From an uncultured Acidobacteriota bacterium (GTDB lineage Bacteria > Acidobacteriota > Thermoanaerobaculia > Multivoradales > UBA5704), in contig OY969474.1 in assembly GCA_963700145.1 (NCBI GenBank), forward strand, positions 2,592,001 through 2,656,000: a DNA stretch of 64,000 nt. Direction: 5' to 3'. Shown piece after piece: positions 54,922-64,000 of the stretch. The position numbers were made by a program, and so were the translations under genes. The notes beneath the pieces are model-generated. The model saw only the letters and a list, made by a program, of their open reading frames with translations. It made no database searches and had not been told where the DNA came from. Within the stretch, counting starts at the first letter, position 1, and each line of letters starts with the position of its first letter.

Positions 54922-56661
54922 ATGTGGCGTTTGACGTTGGTCGTCCTGTCGTCCTGTCTTTTCTCCGGCGTCGCGGCCTTCGCGCAGTCCGCGCAGCCGG
55001 AGCCCCGAACCCTCCAGCGGGCGCGCCTCGGGCACGCGGCGCGGCCGCAGCTCCGCCACGATCCCCGGCACCTGCTGGTGCGGCTGGCCGCCGGCGTCGA
55101 GGCGGCGAAGGCCCTACCGCCTGGCTCGCGCCCCATCTTCGGGCGCTGGTTCACGGTGCCAGCCGGCCCCGGGCTGACCGCCGGCCAGGCGCTGGAGAGC
55201 TGGCTCGACCGGCCGGGCGTCGAGACGGTCGAGCTCAACTACGTGGCGCGGGCCCGGCCCTCCCCCTCCGGGCCGCGCGCCGCCCCAGCCGCCGCCACCT
55301 TCACGCCGAACGATCCGCTCTACCCCCTGCAGTGGCACCTGAAGGCGATCCAGATGCCGGCGGCCTGGGGCCTCTCGCGAGGCGAGGGCGTGCGCGTCGC
55401 GGTCATCGACACCGGGGTCGCCCGCGGCGGCAAGGATCTCAAGTGCCAGGCGTTCCCCGCCGAGTACGACGCTTTCCTCGACGTCGAGGGGCCGGGCGCG
55501 GCGGCGCGCGACGTCCTGGGGCACGGCACGCACGTCGCCGGCACCGTCGCCCAGTGCACCCACAACGCCGAGGGCTTCGCGGGCGTCGCCTTCGCCTCCA
55601 CCCTGCTGCCGATCGTCGCCGCGGACCCGGAGGACCCGCAGGACCTCCCGAACGACGCGCTGGCGCGGGGTGTCGTCTGGGCGTCCGAGCACGGCGCGCG
55701 GGTGGTCAACATCTCGGTGGGCACCGACTGCGACGGGCTGGAATGGCCGGAGTGCTCCTCCTCCATGCTCAACGAGGCGCTGGAGCTGGCGGCCGCCCGC
55801 GACGTCCTGGTCGTCGTCTCGGTGGGCAACTCGGAGCAGGACTCGGTGGCGCACCCGGCCAACCACCCCGACGTCGTGGCGGTGACGGCGCTCGACCTCG
55901 ACGGCCTGGCGCCCTACCCCAACCGCGGCGAGGCCGTGGACCTCGCCGCGCCCGGCGGCAACGTCCGCCAGGACCTCGACGACGACGGGCACCGCGACGT
56001 GGTCTTCCAGGAGACCCTGGGCAGCTTCTGTGTCAGCCCCAAGGAGTACGTCTACTGCGGCAGCGAAGGCACCTCGATGGCGAGCCCTCACGTCGCCGGC
56101 GCCGCCGCCCTGCTGCGCTCCCACCGCCCCGCCGCCACCGCCGTGCAGGTGCGGCGGGCGCTCGAGGAGTCGGCGCAGGACCTGGGCGAGCCCGGCCATG
56201 ATCCAGTCTTCGGTAATGGTGCCCTGCGGGCGCATGACGCGCTGCTGCGGCTCGACGAGCTGCTCCTCGACGACGCCGCGCAGCCCTGTCAGCCCGGCCC
56301 GACCACGCTCTGCATCGACGACCAGCCCGGCGACGGCCGCTTCCGCATCGAGGTGACGTTCGCCACCAGCCAGGCCGGAGGCGTCAGCGGGGAGGCGCGG
56401 GCGATCCCGCTAGCGGGGCTGGGGGTGTCGGCCGGCGGCCTCTTCTGGTTCTTCGGCCAGGAGAACCCCGAGATGCTGGTCAAGGTCCTCGACGGCTGCG
56501 GCGTCAACGGCAACTACTGGGTGTTCTACTCGGCCGGCACCAACGTCGGCTTCACCGTCACCGTCGACGACACCGCCACCGGCCGGCGCAAGACGTACGA
56601 GAACGAGGACCGCACGCCCGCCCCGCCGGTCCAGGACACCGCGGCGTTCTCGTGCAGTTGA
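54922..56661 (+). CDS. Subtilisin-like S8 serine protease with C-terminal Cys-bounded module
   Basis: VAVIDTG, HGTHVAG, GTSMASPHVAG. Confidence 0.94.
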   Translation: MWRLTLVVLSSCLFSGVAAFAQSAQPEPRTLQRARLGHAARPQLRHDPRHLLVRLAAGVEAAKALPPGSRPIFGRWFTVPAGPGLTAGQALESWLDRPGVETVELNYVARARPSPSGPRAAPAAATFTPNDPLYPLQWHLKAIQMPAAWGLSRGEGVRVAVIDTGVARGGKDLKCQAFPAEYDAFLDVEGPGAAARDVLGHGTHVAGTVAQCTHNAEGFAGVAFASTLLPIVAADPEDPQDLPNDALARGVVWASEHGARVVNISVGTDCDGLEWPECSSSMLNEALELAAARDVLVVVSVGNSEQDSVAHPANHPDVVAVTALDLDGLAPYPNRGEAVDLAAPGGNVRQDLDDDGHRDVVFQETLGSFCVSPKEYVYCGSEGTSMASPHVAGAAALLRSHRPAATAVQVRRALEESAQDLGEPGHDPVFGNGALRAHDALLRLDELLLDDAAQPCQPGPTTLCIDDQPGDGRFRIEVTFATSQAGGVSGEARAIPLAGLGVSAGGLFWFFGQENPEMLVKVLDGCGVNGNYWVFYSAGTNVGFTVTVDDTATGRRKTYENEDRTPAPPVQDTAAFSCS

Positions 56662-56664
56662 GGG

Positions 56665-58110
56665 CTACTCGTAGACGATGAACCCGGGCGCGAGGATGCC
56701 GTCCGGGTCCCAGCGCTTCTTGGCGGCCTGGACCGTGGGCCACCGGTCGCCGAAGTGCTGCGCCCAGCGCTCGGCGGTGTCGAAGCTGATGTAGCCGGAG
56801 AGATAGCGCTTGCCGCCGTAGTAGATCGACAGCTCGCTCGCCATGTCGAGCTTGGCGAGCCCCTCCTCCAGGAACTCGCGCGGCACCGCGCCGAGGATCC
56901 CCCAGCCCATCACCACCTCGCCGCCGGGGTGCATGAAGAGCGGCACGTCCGAGCAGTCGGTGCGCGAAGGCCACAGCAGGACGTGGCCGCCAGCCCCGAG
57001 CGCCCCGGGCGGGAGCTGCGCCAGGATGCTCTCGATGAACTCCTGCGACCCCTCCCAGGGGAGGATCGTCTCCATCCAGGGGTGCGGGTGTTCCCAGTAG
57101 CCGGTGCGCCGCCAGAGCTCGAACATCGGCTCCATGCGGCGGCAGAAGTCGAGCTGCGTCGTGTCCTCGGTGTGGGCGTGGCGGTGGAAGCGGAGGCCGG
57201 CGAGGAGCGCCGCGTCGTCCGGCTCCTCGCCGGGCGCGAGCTCGGTCGAGAGGAACATCGGGAAGACCCAGTGCGCGAACCCCAGGACCCCCACCCCCAG
57301 CTCCAGCCCCTCGCCGATCGAGCGGAAGCCGAGCGGCGCCGGCGAGCAGATGCCGCCGAGGCTGTGGAAGGAGCGGTCGGCCGGGTCCATGATCCGCCGC
57401 GCGTCCTCCATGAAGAGGTCGAGCCGGTCGTAGACCAGCGTGAACATCCGCACCCGCGGCCGGCAGCGGCGGAGCTTGAGCGTCGCCCGGGTGATGATGC
57501 CGAACTGCCCGAGGCCGCAGCGCACGACGTCGAAGAGCTCGCGGTGGCGCTGGCGCGAGCAGACGACGATCTCGCCTTCGCCGGTCACCACCTCCAGCTC
57601 CAAGACGTTGTCGGCCTGCGTGCCGTAGCGGAAGCTCGCCACGCCGAGCCCGGCCATCGAGAGCGTCCCCGCCACCGTCACGCCGAGGTTGTTGGTGAGG
57701 ACCGGCGGCACCAGGTCCTGCGCCGTCGTCGCCACGACCAGGTCGCGCCAGACGACGCCGCCGTCGACGGTGGCGGTCAGCGCTTCGGCGTCGATCGCGT
57801 GGATGCGGTTGAGCGGCGCGGTGTCGAGCACCACGCCGCCATCGGAGGTGGCCTGGCCGGTCTGGGTGTGCGCCTGGCCGCGCGGCACGATCGGCACCCG
57901 CAGCTCGCGGCAGCGGCGCACCACCTCGGCCACCTCCTCGGCCGAGGCGCAGAACGCCACCGCGCCGGGCAGGCGGTCAACGAGACGGCCGAAGTCGCTG
58001 CGGTAGCGGGCGCGCACCTCGGGGTCGAGGCTGATGCGGCCGCCGAGCGCCGCCTGCAGCGACTGCAGGGCGCCGGCGGCGGCGGTCGGGTCGGACGTGT
58101 GGACGGTCAT
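56665..58110 (-). CDS. FAD-linked oxidase, cytokinin dehydrogenase-like
   Basis: RGQAHT..GQA, TV.GTLS, NVLELEVVTG.G, GLGQFGIITRA, HPW, DP..ILAPG. Confidence 0.85.
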   Translation of the reverse strand: MTVHTSDPTAAAGALQSLQAALGGRISLDPEVRARYRSDFGRLVDRLPGAVAFCASAEEVAEVVRRCRELRVPIVPRGQAHTQTGQATSDGGVVLDTAPLNRIHAIDAEALTATVDGGVVWRDLVVATTAQDLVPPVLTNNLGVTVAGTLSMAGLGVASFRYGTQADNVLELEVVTGEGEIVVCSRQRHRELFDVVRCGLGQFGIITRATLKLRRCRPRVRMFTLVYDRLDLFMEDARRIMDPADRSFHSLGGICSPAPLGFRSIGEGLELGVGVLGFAHWVFPMFLSTELAPGEEPDDAALLAGLRFHRHAHTEDTTQLDFCRRMEPMFELWRRTGYWEHPHPWMETILPWEGSQEFIESILAQLPPGALGAGGHVLLWPSRTDCSDVPLFMHPGGEVVMGWGILGAVPREFLEEGLAKLDMASELSIYYGGKRYLSGYISFDTAERWAQHFGDRWPTVQAAKKRWDPDGILAPGFIVYE

Positions 58111-58601
58111 CGTTCCTCCGGCGGCGGGTCCGGCCGCGGTCCCGCCGGCTGCGGCGGCTGCGGGGTCGGCGGCGGGCTCTCGACGGCGAGGACGGTGTCG
58201 AATCCCTCCTCGACCCAGGCCGCGAAGCCGCCGTGGATCAGGATGGCGTCGCGATAGCCGCTCGCCATCAGGAACTCCATCGCCTGCTCGCCGCAGGCCG
58301 CGTTCCGACAGTAGACCAGGAAAGTCTGGTCGCGGTAGGCGCTGATGTCGAGCAGGAGCCGGCGGAGGCGGTCCTCCTCGATGTTGATCGCCCCCTTGAC
58401 GTGCCCCTCCGGACCCCGGAACTCCTGCGGCGGCCGCAGGTCGAGGATCAAGATGTCCGGGCTGTCGCGCAGGATCTCGTAGGCCACCGCCGGACGCACC
58501 TTGCGGAAGGGCGGCGGCTCGCTGCGCCCGGAGCGGCAGGCGGCCGCGGCGCAGGCCAGCGCGAGGATCGGGACGAGCTTGGGGAGGAGCGGTGCGGTCA
58601 G
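58107..58601 (-). CDS. Rhodanese-like lipoprotein (start probably CTG)
   Basis: LDLR...EF..GH..GA.NI, VYC, GGF.AW; lipobox-like AAAAC lies upstream of the first canonical start. Confidence 0.78.
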   Translation of the reverse strand: MTAPLLPKLVPILALACAAAACRSGRSEPPPFRKVRPAVAYEILRDSPDILILDLRPPQEFRGPEGHVKGAINIEEDRLRRLLLDISAYRDQTFLVYCRNAACGEQAMEFLMASGYRDAILIHGGFAAWVEEGFDTVLAVESPPPTPQPPQPAGPRPDPPPEER

Positions 58602-58635
58602 GGCTGCGGCCTCGGAGCGGGAGTCTAGCAGCGAG

Positions 58636-58703
58636 AAACGCCCGGCACGTAGGCCGGGCGCTACGAATCGTCCCGTAGCGCCCGGGCTACGTCCCGGGCG
58701 TTT
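58636..58703. repeat. GTAG-type REP doublet (copy 3)
   Basis: aaacgcccggcacgtaggccgggcgctacg-N8-cgtagcgcccgggctacgtcccgggcgttt. Confidence 0.85.
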
Positions 58704-59736
58704 CTTCCAGCTCGAGGTCGGGCACCACTTCGCCGACGACGAGGCCGCGGGCGTTGGTGAGGACCGGGCGGTAGAAGGGGGCGAGCTCGGCGAGCTCCTC
58801 GCCGGCCAGCGAGCCCATCTGCCGCAGCAGGTCGAGCACCGCGCCGTCGCGGCAGCGCTCGCCGCCGTCGGCGACCTTGAGCGCGATGCCGAGCGCCACC
58901 GGCCCGCGCACCGCCAGGGCGTAGAACCCCTCCGCCCCCTCCTTGGCGACGACGCGGCCGCCGGTCGCCTCCATGAGGCGGGTGGTGAAGCGGCCGCGGC
59001 CGGCGACCATCGCCGGCGCGTGGGTCATCGCCGCGGCGATCCGGCCGAGCGCTTCGGCCGGCGCGGCGTCCACCCCGGCGGCGGCGGGATCGGCCAGCGC
59101 CGCGTAGCCGCGCGCCGCGGCCTCGACCGGCAGGTGGAAGGAGACGGCGCTGCAGCCGTCGACGCCTTGGCCCATCCGCTCGGGCGCGACGCCGCAGAGC
59201 CGCGCCACCCAGCCGGCGATGTCGCGCTGCAGCGGGTGGCCGGGGGCGACGTACTCCGCCGGTGGGTAGCCGAGGAGCCGGCAGGCGAGGAGCATGCCGG
59301 CGTGCTTGCCCGAGCAGTTGTTGTGGAGCGGGCTCGGTTCGCGGCCCTGACGCACCAGCTCGGCCGCCGCCTCGGCGTCGTACGGCGGGTGGGCGCCGCA
59401 GAGGAGGTCGTCCACCGAGAAGCCGCCGCGGTCGAGCAGCGCCGCGGCGCGCTCGGCGTGCTCGGGGCAGCCGGCGTGCGAGGCGCAGATCAGGGCGAGG
59501 TCGGCCTCGTCGAGGGCGAAGCGCTCGATGCCGCCGGCCAAGACCAGCGGCAGGGCCTGGAACGGCTTGGCCGCCGAGCGCAGGAAGGTCGCGACCGTCG
59601 GGTCGCCGAGGCGCGCGACCAGCCGCCCCTCCGGCGTGACGACCGCCGCCATCCCGGAGTGCCAGGACTCGGGCAGACCGCCGCGGGTGACGACGGCGAG
59701 GGGAGCGAACAGGAGTCGGCGGCCTCGGCGCGTCAG
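58687..59736 (-). CDS. L-asparaginase II family (start uncertain, probably CTG)
   Basis: RGG..ES.H, RSAAKPFQA, ASH.G, NCSGKH, DGC, K.GAEG, KVADG. Confidence 0.9.
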   Translation of the reverse strand: MTRRGRRLLFAPLAVVTRGGLPESWHSGMAAVVTPEGRLVARLGDPTVATFLRSAAKPFQALPLVLAGGIERFALDEADLALICASHAGCPEHAERAAALLDRGGFSVDDLLCGAHPPYDAEAAAELVRQGREPSPLHNNCSGKHAGMLLACRLLGYPPAEYVAPGHPLQRDIAGWVARLCGVAPERMGQGVDGCSAVSFHLPVEAAARGYAALADPAAAGVDAAPAEALGRIAAAMTHAPAMVAGRGRFTTRLMEATGGRVVAKEGAEGFYALAVRGPVALGIALKVADGGERCRDGAVLDLLRQMGSLAGEELAELAPFYRPVLTNARGLVVGEVVPDLELEETPGT

Positions 59737-60071
59737 GCGTGGGCGGCCATCGCCGCCTCGACCGTCTCGTAGGTGGGGAAATGCTCGGCGAGGCGGGCGA
59801 CCTCGAGGAGCTTGCGGATGCGCTCGTTCGGCTGGACCAGGATCAGGGCCCGGCGGGCGCTCTGGAAGCGGCCGAGGTAGCCGACCAGCTCGCCGATGCC
59901 GGTCGAGTCGATGTAGTTGATCCGCGAGAAGTCGACGATGACGTGCCCGCGGTCCTCGTCGAGGGTGCGCTCCAGGGTCTGGGCGAAGAACTTGGCGCTC
60001 TCCCCCAGCTTGATCACCCCCTCCACCTCGAGGACGGTGAACCCCTGGTCCTGGCGTTTGGCGACGATCAT
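59733..60071 (-). CDS. STAS domain anti-sigma factor antagonist
   Basis: D.S.I.YIDSTGIGELV. Confidence 0.9.
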   Translation of the reverse strand: MIVAKRQDQGFTVLEVEGVIKLGESAKFFAQTLERTLDEDRGHVIVDFSRINYIDSTGIGELVGYLGRFQSARRALILVQPNERIRKLLEVARLAEHFPTYETVEAAMAAHA

Positions 60072-60112
60072 GGGCGGGGCGGCCGGCGAGGTGGCGAAGC
60101 TTAGCACCCGCC

Positions 60113-60862
60113 TCAGCCGCGCTTTTGCGCCACGACGTAGAGCTCGCTGGCGCCGAGCGTGAACGGCTGGCGGTCGGTCGAGCCGTAGAGGGCGATCGTG
60201 TCGAGCTTGGAGCGCGCGAGCATGCGCTGGATCTCGGCGGTGGTGTAGACCCAGTGGACCGACTCGCGGACCTCGGTCTCGCCGCCGCGGGCGAAGGTGT
60301 ACTCCTCCTCGACGCAGCTCGCCGCGGTGTTGTAGCGGCTGTCGATCGTCATCTCCACGTCGCCGATGGTGAACTCCTCGTGCTCCTGGTGGCGCGGCAG
60401 GACCGACTCGGCGGCCATGCCGGTCGCGACGACGACGCGCGCGCCCGGCCGCAGCAGGCGCGCCAGGCGGTCGAGGAAGCTCTTCATGCCGGGCCCGTCG
60501 AGGTAGCCGAAGCTGTTGCCGAGGCAGTAGGCGCCGTCGTAGGACGCGGGGTCGCCCTTGAGGCGCCCCATGTCGCCGAGCTTCCACTCGACGTCGAGGC
60601 CCGCCGCCGCGGCGCCGGCCCGCGCCTCGGCCAGGAACTCCTCGGAGATGTCCACGCCGGTCACGCGGTAGCCGCGCCGCGCCAGCTCCAGCGCGTGCCG
60701 GCCGTTGCCGCAAGGGACGTCGAGCAGGCGCCCGCCGGCGGGCGCGCCGAGCTCGGCGACGAGGAAGTCCACCTCCGCCGCCGTCGGCTGCTCGGCGATC
60801 ACCTCGCGCCAGACGTCGAGCGCCACGCCGCGGAAGAAGTCCTGGTACCAGTTCGTGCGCAC
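60113..60862 (-). CDS. Class I SAM-dependent methyltransferase
   Basis: LDVPCGNGRH, GVDIS, GDM, NSFGY; alternative start 60877. Confidence 0.9.
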   Translation of the reverse strand: MRTNWYQDFFRGVALDVWREVIAEQPTAAEVDFLVAELGAPAGGRLLDVPCGNGRHALELARRGYRVTGVDISEEFLAEARAGAAAAGLDVEWKLGDMGRLKGDPASYDGAYCLGNSFGYLDGPGMKSFLDRLARLLRPGARVVVATGMAAESVLPRHQEHEEFTIGDVEMTIDSRYNTAASCVEEEYTFARGGETEVRESVHWVYTTAEIQRMLARSKLDTIALYGSTDRQPFTLGASELYVVAQKRG

Positions 60863-60915
60863 GGCGCGGCGGAGCATAGCAACGGCTGGTATCCTCGCCG
60901 GCGCCAGCGAGGAGG

Positions 60916-62232
60916 ATGTTCATGCCCCAGCCCCGACCGTCGCAGCTCCCGTCGACCTACGCGCTCCTGAGCGGTCTCGTCTTCGCCCTGGCCGCCCCCG
61001 CACTGGGTGCCGCCGCCGGCTTCGGGCTCTTCCAGCACGGCGCCCGGGCGATCGGGCAGGCCGGGGCGCTCACGGCGCGCGGGCACGAGCCCTCGACGGT
61101 GACCTACAACCCGGCGGCGATGACCCGCCTGCCGGGCCTCCAGCTCCAGGCCGGGCTCGACTTCTCGAATGCCGAGGACCGCTACGTCAGCGCCAGCGGC
61201 ACGCACGAGGCCAAGCACACGATCCAGTTCCCGCCGGCGGTCTACCTCACCTGGCGGACGCCGCAGGACTACACGCCGATCGCTTTCGGGCTCGGCATCG
61301 ACGCCCCCTACTGGCACAACCAGGACTGGCACTCGGCGCTCTTCCCCGGCCGCTTCCTGACCCGCCGCTTCTCGCTCGAGGTCTTCGAGCTCCACGCCGC
61401 CATGGCCTACGAGGTCGCCGAGGGCTGGAGCCTGGGCGGCGGCGTGCGCTACGTCTTCGGCGGGCTCGAGCAGGCCGACAACGCGTTCGCCGACGTCTTC
61501 GTCCCCAGCCTCTCGCGCACGGTCCCGGTCGAGATCCAGCGCGACGCCGACGCCGACGTGGACGCCCTCGGGTGGGACCTGGCGCTGCACTACGCCGCGC
61601 CGTCCTGGGGCTGGGGGACGGTCTTCCGCAGCGAGGCCGAGCTGGAGGGCAACGGCGAGGTGAGCTACGCGCCGCGCGACGTGGCGATCTCGGAGGTCCT
61701 CCCCCTGGTCGCCGCCCGCTTCGTGCCGGGCCGCGCCGGGCAGTCGTTCACCCTGCCGTGGGAGCTGCGCGCCGGCACCTGGTTCGCGCCCTACCCGGAG
61801 CTGCGCCTGGAGGTCGACATCGCCTACCAGAACTGGTCGACGCTCGAAGACACCGTGGTCACCTTCTCCCCGGACCCGCTGCTCGGCACCGGGCAAACCG
61901 TCCGGGAGCGCAACTGGAAGGACACCGTCTCGGTGCGGCTCGGCGCCGAGGGCGAGCTCACCGACAACTTCCAGCTCTTCGGCGGCATCGGCTGGGAGCC
62001 CTCGCCGGTGCGCGGCAACACCGTCGAGCCCGGCTTCCCGCGCGACGACGCCTACGTCTACGCCGCCGGCTTCGCCTACAACTTCCCCCACATCTCCTTC
62101 GACCTCGCCTACTCCTTCCACGACCACGGCAACCGCGGCGCCTCGGAGCAGGAGCCGCGCAGCCCGGACATCTCCGGCAGCTACACCGGCCGCGAGCAGG
62201 TCTGGGGCTTCTCGGCGCGGTGGAGGTTCTAA
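60916..62232 (+). CDS. OmpP1/FadL/TodX outer membrane transporter
   Basis: GF...GA.A.G.AGA, YNPA.M, C-terminal Phe; GAGGAGG RBS. Confidence 0.9.
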   Translation: MFMPQPRPSQLPSTYALLSGLVFALAAPALGAAAGFGLFQHGARAIGQAGALTARGHEPSTVTYNPAAMTRLPGLQLQAGLDFSNAEDRYVSASGTHEAKHTIQFPPAVYLTWRTPQDYTPIAFGLGIDAPYWHNQDWHSALFPGRFLTRRFSLEVFELHAAMAYEVAEGWSLGGGVRYVFGGLEQADNAFADVFVPSLSRTVPVEIQRDADADVDALGWDLALHYAAPSWGWGTVFRSEAELEGNGEVSYAPRDVAISEVLPLVAARFVPGRAGQSFTLPWELRAGTWFAPYPELRLEVDIAYQNWSTLEDTVVTFSPDPLLGTGQTVRERNWKDTVSVRLGAEGELTDNFQLFGGIGWEPSPVRGNTVEPGFPRDDAYVYAAGFAYNFPHISFDLAYSFHDHGNRGASEQEPRSPDISGSYTGREQVWGFSARWRF

Positions 62233-62240
62233 ACGGCATC

Positions 62241-63260
62241 CTGGCGAAGACAGCGCGGCGCGTTGCCGTCGCGCTGACGCTTTCGATCGGTGTCGGGCTC
62301 CTGCTGTTGACTCACTTGAAGAGTCCGCCGTCCTCACTCCTCCTCCGCGCCATCACCCTCGGCCTGGCGGCGACGACGGTCTTTGCCCTCTTCGAAGTGT
62401 GGCCCCGGAGGCTGCCGCGCTGGATCGAGCGGTGGGTACTCCAGGTCGTTGCCGTCGGCGTGTCCATGCCGATCACGATCATCGCGATGTACCTTCCGGT
62501 CACCCCGGAAGGTGCACCGTCATTCTGGGAGCACAACGACTGGATGCTCCTCACGTTCGCCGCCGTCCTGGTCGCGCCCTGGACGGCGCTCGCGGCGATC
62601 GTTCGGCAGAAGGAAGCCTTCGCGCGCCATCAGAAGCTCGCCTTCGCGCTCGAGCGCAGTGAGCTCGAGCGACAGGCGCTCGACGCGCGTCTGCATCTGC
62701 TGCAGGCGCAGGTCGCCCCGCATTTCTTGTTCAATACGCTCGCGAACGTGCAGGCGCTCGTCGATGCGGGCTCGCCGCATGCGTCGACGCTGCTGCGGAG
62801 CCTCATCGAGTACCTGCGCGCGGCGGTGCCGCTGCTCCACGAGCCGGCGGCGACCATCGAGCGCGAGCTGCGGCTGGTGCGGCCGTATCTCGAGCTGATG
62901 CAGATGCGCATGCCCGATCGCCTGCAGTACGCGATGAACGTCGACTCGTCGGCGCTCGAGGTTCGCTGTCCTCCGACCACACTGTTGACGCTGGTCGAGA
63001 ACGCCGTGCGCCACGGGATCGACCCCAGCGAAGAAGGAGGCCGCATCGACATCGACATCGAACGGCTTGGTGAACGCTGTGTCGTCCGCGTCACCGACAC
63101 CGGCGCCGGGCTCCAGCCATCGGCGAACGGTCTCGGCACCGGGCTGACGACTCTGCGCGAGCGGCTGCAGCTCATCTTCGGCGATGCCGCCGAGCTGCGC
63201 CTGATCGCCGGCGCCCCCCGCGGCGTCGCGGTCGAAGTCGAGATGCCGGCACAGACATGA
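62241..63260 (+). CDS. LytS/YehU-type sensor histidine kinase (start uncertain)
   Basis: LQAQV.PHFLFNTL, LVENAVRHG, D.G.G, GTGL. Confidence 0.88.
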   Translation: MAKTARRVAVALTLSIGVGLLLLTHLKSPPSSLLLRAITLGLAATTVFALFEVWPRRLPRWIERWVLQVVAVGVSMPITIIAMYLPVTPEGAPSFWEHNDWMLLTFAAVLVAPWTALAAIVRQKEAFARHQKLAFALERSELERQALDARLHLLQAQVAPHFLFNTLANVQALVDAGSPHASTLLRSLIEYLRAAVPLLHEPAATIERELRLVRPYLELMQMRMPDRLQYAMNVDSSALEVRCPPTTLLTLVENAVRHGIDPSEEGGRIDIDIERLGERCVVRVTDTGAGLQPSANGLGTGLTTLRERLQLIFGDAAELRLIAGAPRGVAVEVEMPAQT

Positions 63261-64000
63261 ACGCCCGCGCGACCGCCTTGATCGCCGACGACGAGCCGCT
63301 GCTGCGCGAGGCGCTGCGGCGCCAGCTCGCGAACGTCTGGCCCGAGCTCGAGATCGTGGCCGAGGCGCGGAACGGGCGGGAGGCGGTGCGGTTGTTCGAC
63401 GAGCGCCATCCCGACATCTGTTTCCTCGACGTCCACATGCCGGGCCTCTCCGGTGTCGATGCCGCGAACCACATCGGCCGCCGCGCGCATCTGGTGTTCG
63501 TCACCGCGTACGACCACTACGCGGTGCAGGCCTTCGCGCAAGGCGCGCTCGATTACCTGCTGAAGCCGGTCGAACCGGCGCGGCTCGCGGAGGCCGTGAG
63601 CCGCCTCCAAGAGCGTCTGCAGTCCTCGCGGCCGGCGATCAACACCGAGCAGCTACTGCAGCAGCTCAGCGCCCAGCTCGCGAAGCTGCAAGGCGGCGGG
63701 AAGGCCGAGCCGCTGCGCTGGATCCGGGCGCAGGCGGGGAAGACCGTGCGCCTCATCGCGATCGAGGACGTCGATTACCTGCGGTCGGACGCGAAGTACA
63801 CGCTCGTCGCCTGGCGCGATGGAGGGAAAGCCGCGAAGGCGGTGGTCCGGACGCCGCTCAAGGACCTCTACGAGCAGCTCGATGCCGAGCAGTTCGCGCA
63901 GGTCCATCGCTCGGTCGTCGTGAATCTGCGCGCGATCAGCCAGGTGCGGCGACACGACAACGAAACCGCGGAGATTCACCTGAAGGGCCGCGAGGACGTG
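63257..64000 (+). CDS. LytTR family response regulator (runs off window end)
   Basis: IADDEP, FLDVHMPG, FVTAYD, DYLLKP, QVHRS.VVN; ATGA overlap with the kinase. Confidence 0.93.
   Translation, partial: MNARATALIADDEPLLREALRRQLANVWPELEIVAEARNGREAVRLFDERHPDICFLDVHMPGLSGVDAANHIGRRAHLVFVTAYDHYAVQAFAQGALDYLLKPVEPARLAEAVSRLQERLQSSRPAINTEQLLQQLSAQLAKLQGGGKAEPLRWIRAQAGKTVRLIAIEDVDYLRSDAKYTLVAWRDGGKAAKAVVRTPLKDLYEQLDAEQFAQVHRSVVVNLRAISQVRRHDNETAEIHLKGREDV

Overview
GC-rich (roughly 70% by eye) bacterial chromosome segment. Gene content and the recurrent secreted-protein C-terminal modules suggest Acidobacteriota (Thermoanaerobaculia-like); this is inference. About 58 genes, mostly core or housekeeping: uvrA, mutM, holA, dksA-like, rlmH, def, ileS, phosphomannomutase, tdk, IscA/ErpA, YgfZ, an ECF sigma/anti-sigma pair, AtuA, FadL and a LytS/LytTR pair. 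There are also many secreted hydrolases (choice-of-anchor B, frameshifted tricorn S41, S10, S8, sulfatase). Single lower-GC accessory genes are scattered among them: an HNH nuclease, a HEPN-like protein, a RipA-like membrane protein and an antitoxin with a truncated MazF-like remnant. No rRNA, tRNA, CRISPR array, integrase, transposase or reverse transcriptase was seen. The most unusual signals are (i) two sequence-unrelated ~430-bp arrays with a 21-bp period that reverse orientation internally, each lying directly upstream of an accessory nuclease or TA gene; (ii) a GTAG-type REP doublet family with compensatory substitutions that supplies stop codons to three genes; (iii) a shared Cys-bounded C-terminal module on unrelated secreted enzymes; (iv) a secreted 8-Cys peptide precursor behind a switch-like leader; (v) frequent leaderless-type promoters and several apparent CTG starts. 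All calls come from reading motifs, not from database searches.
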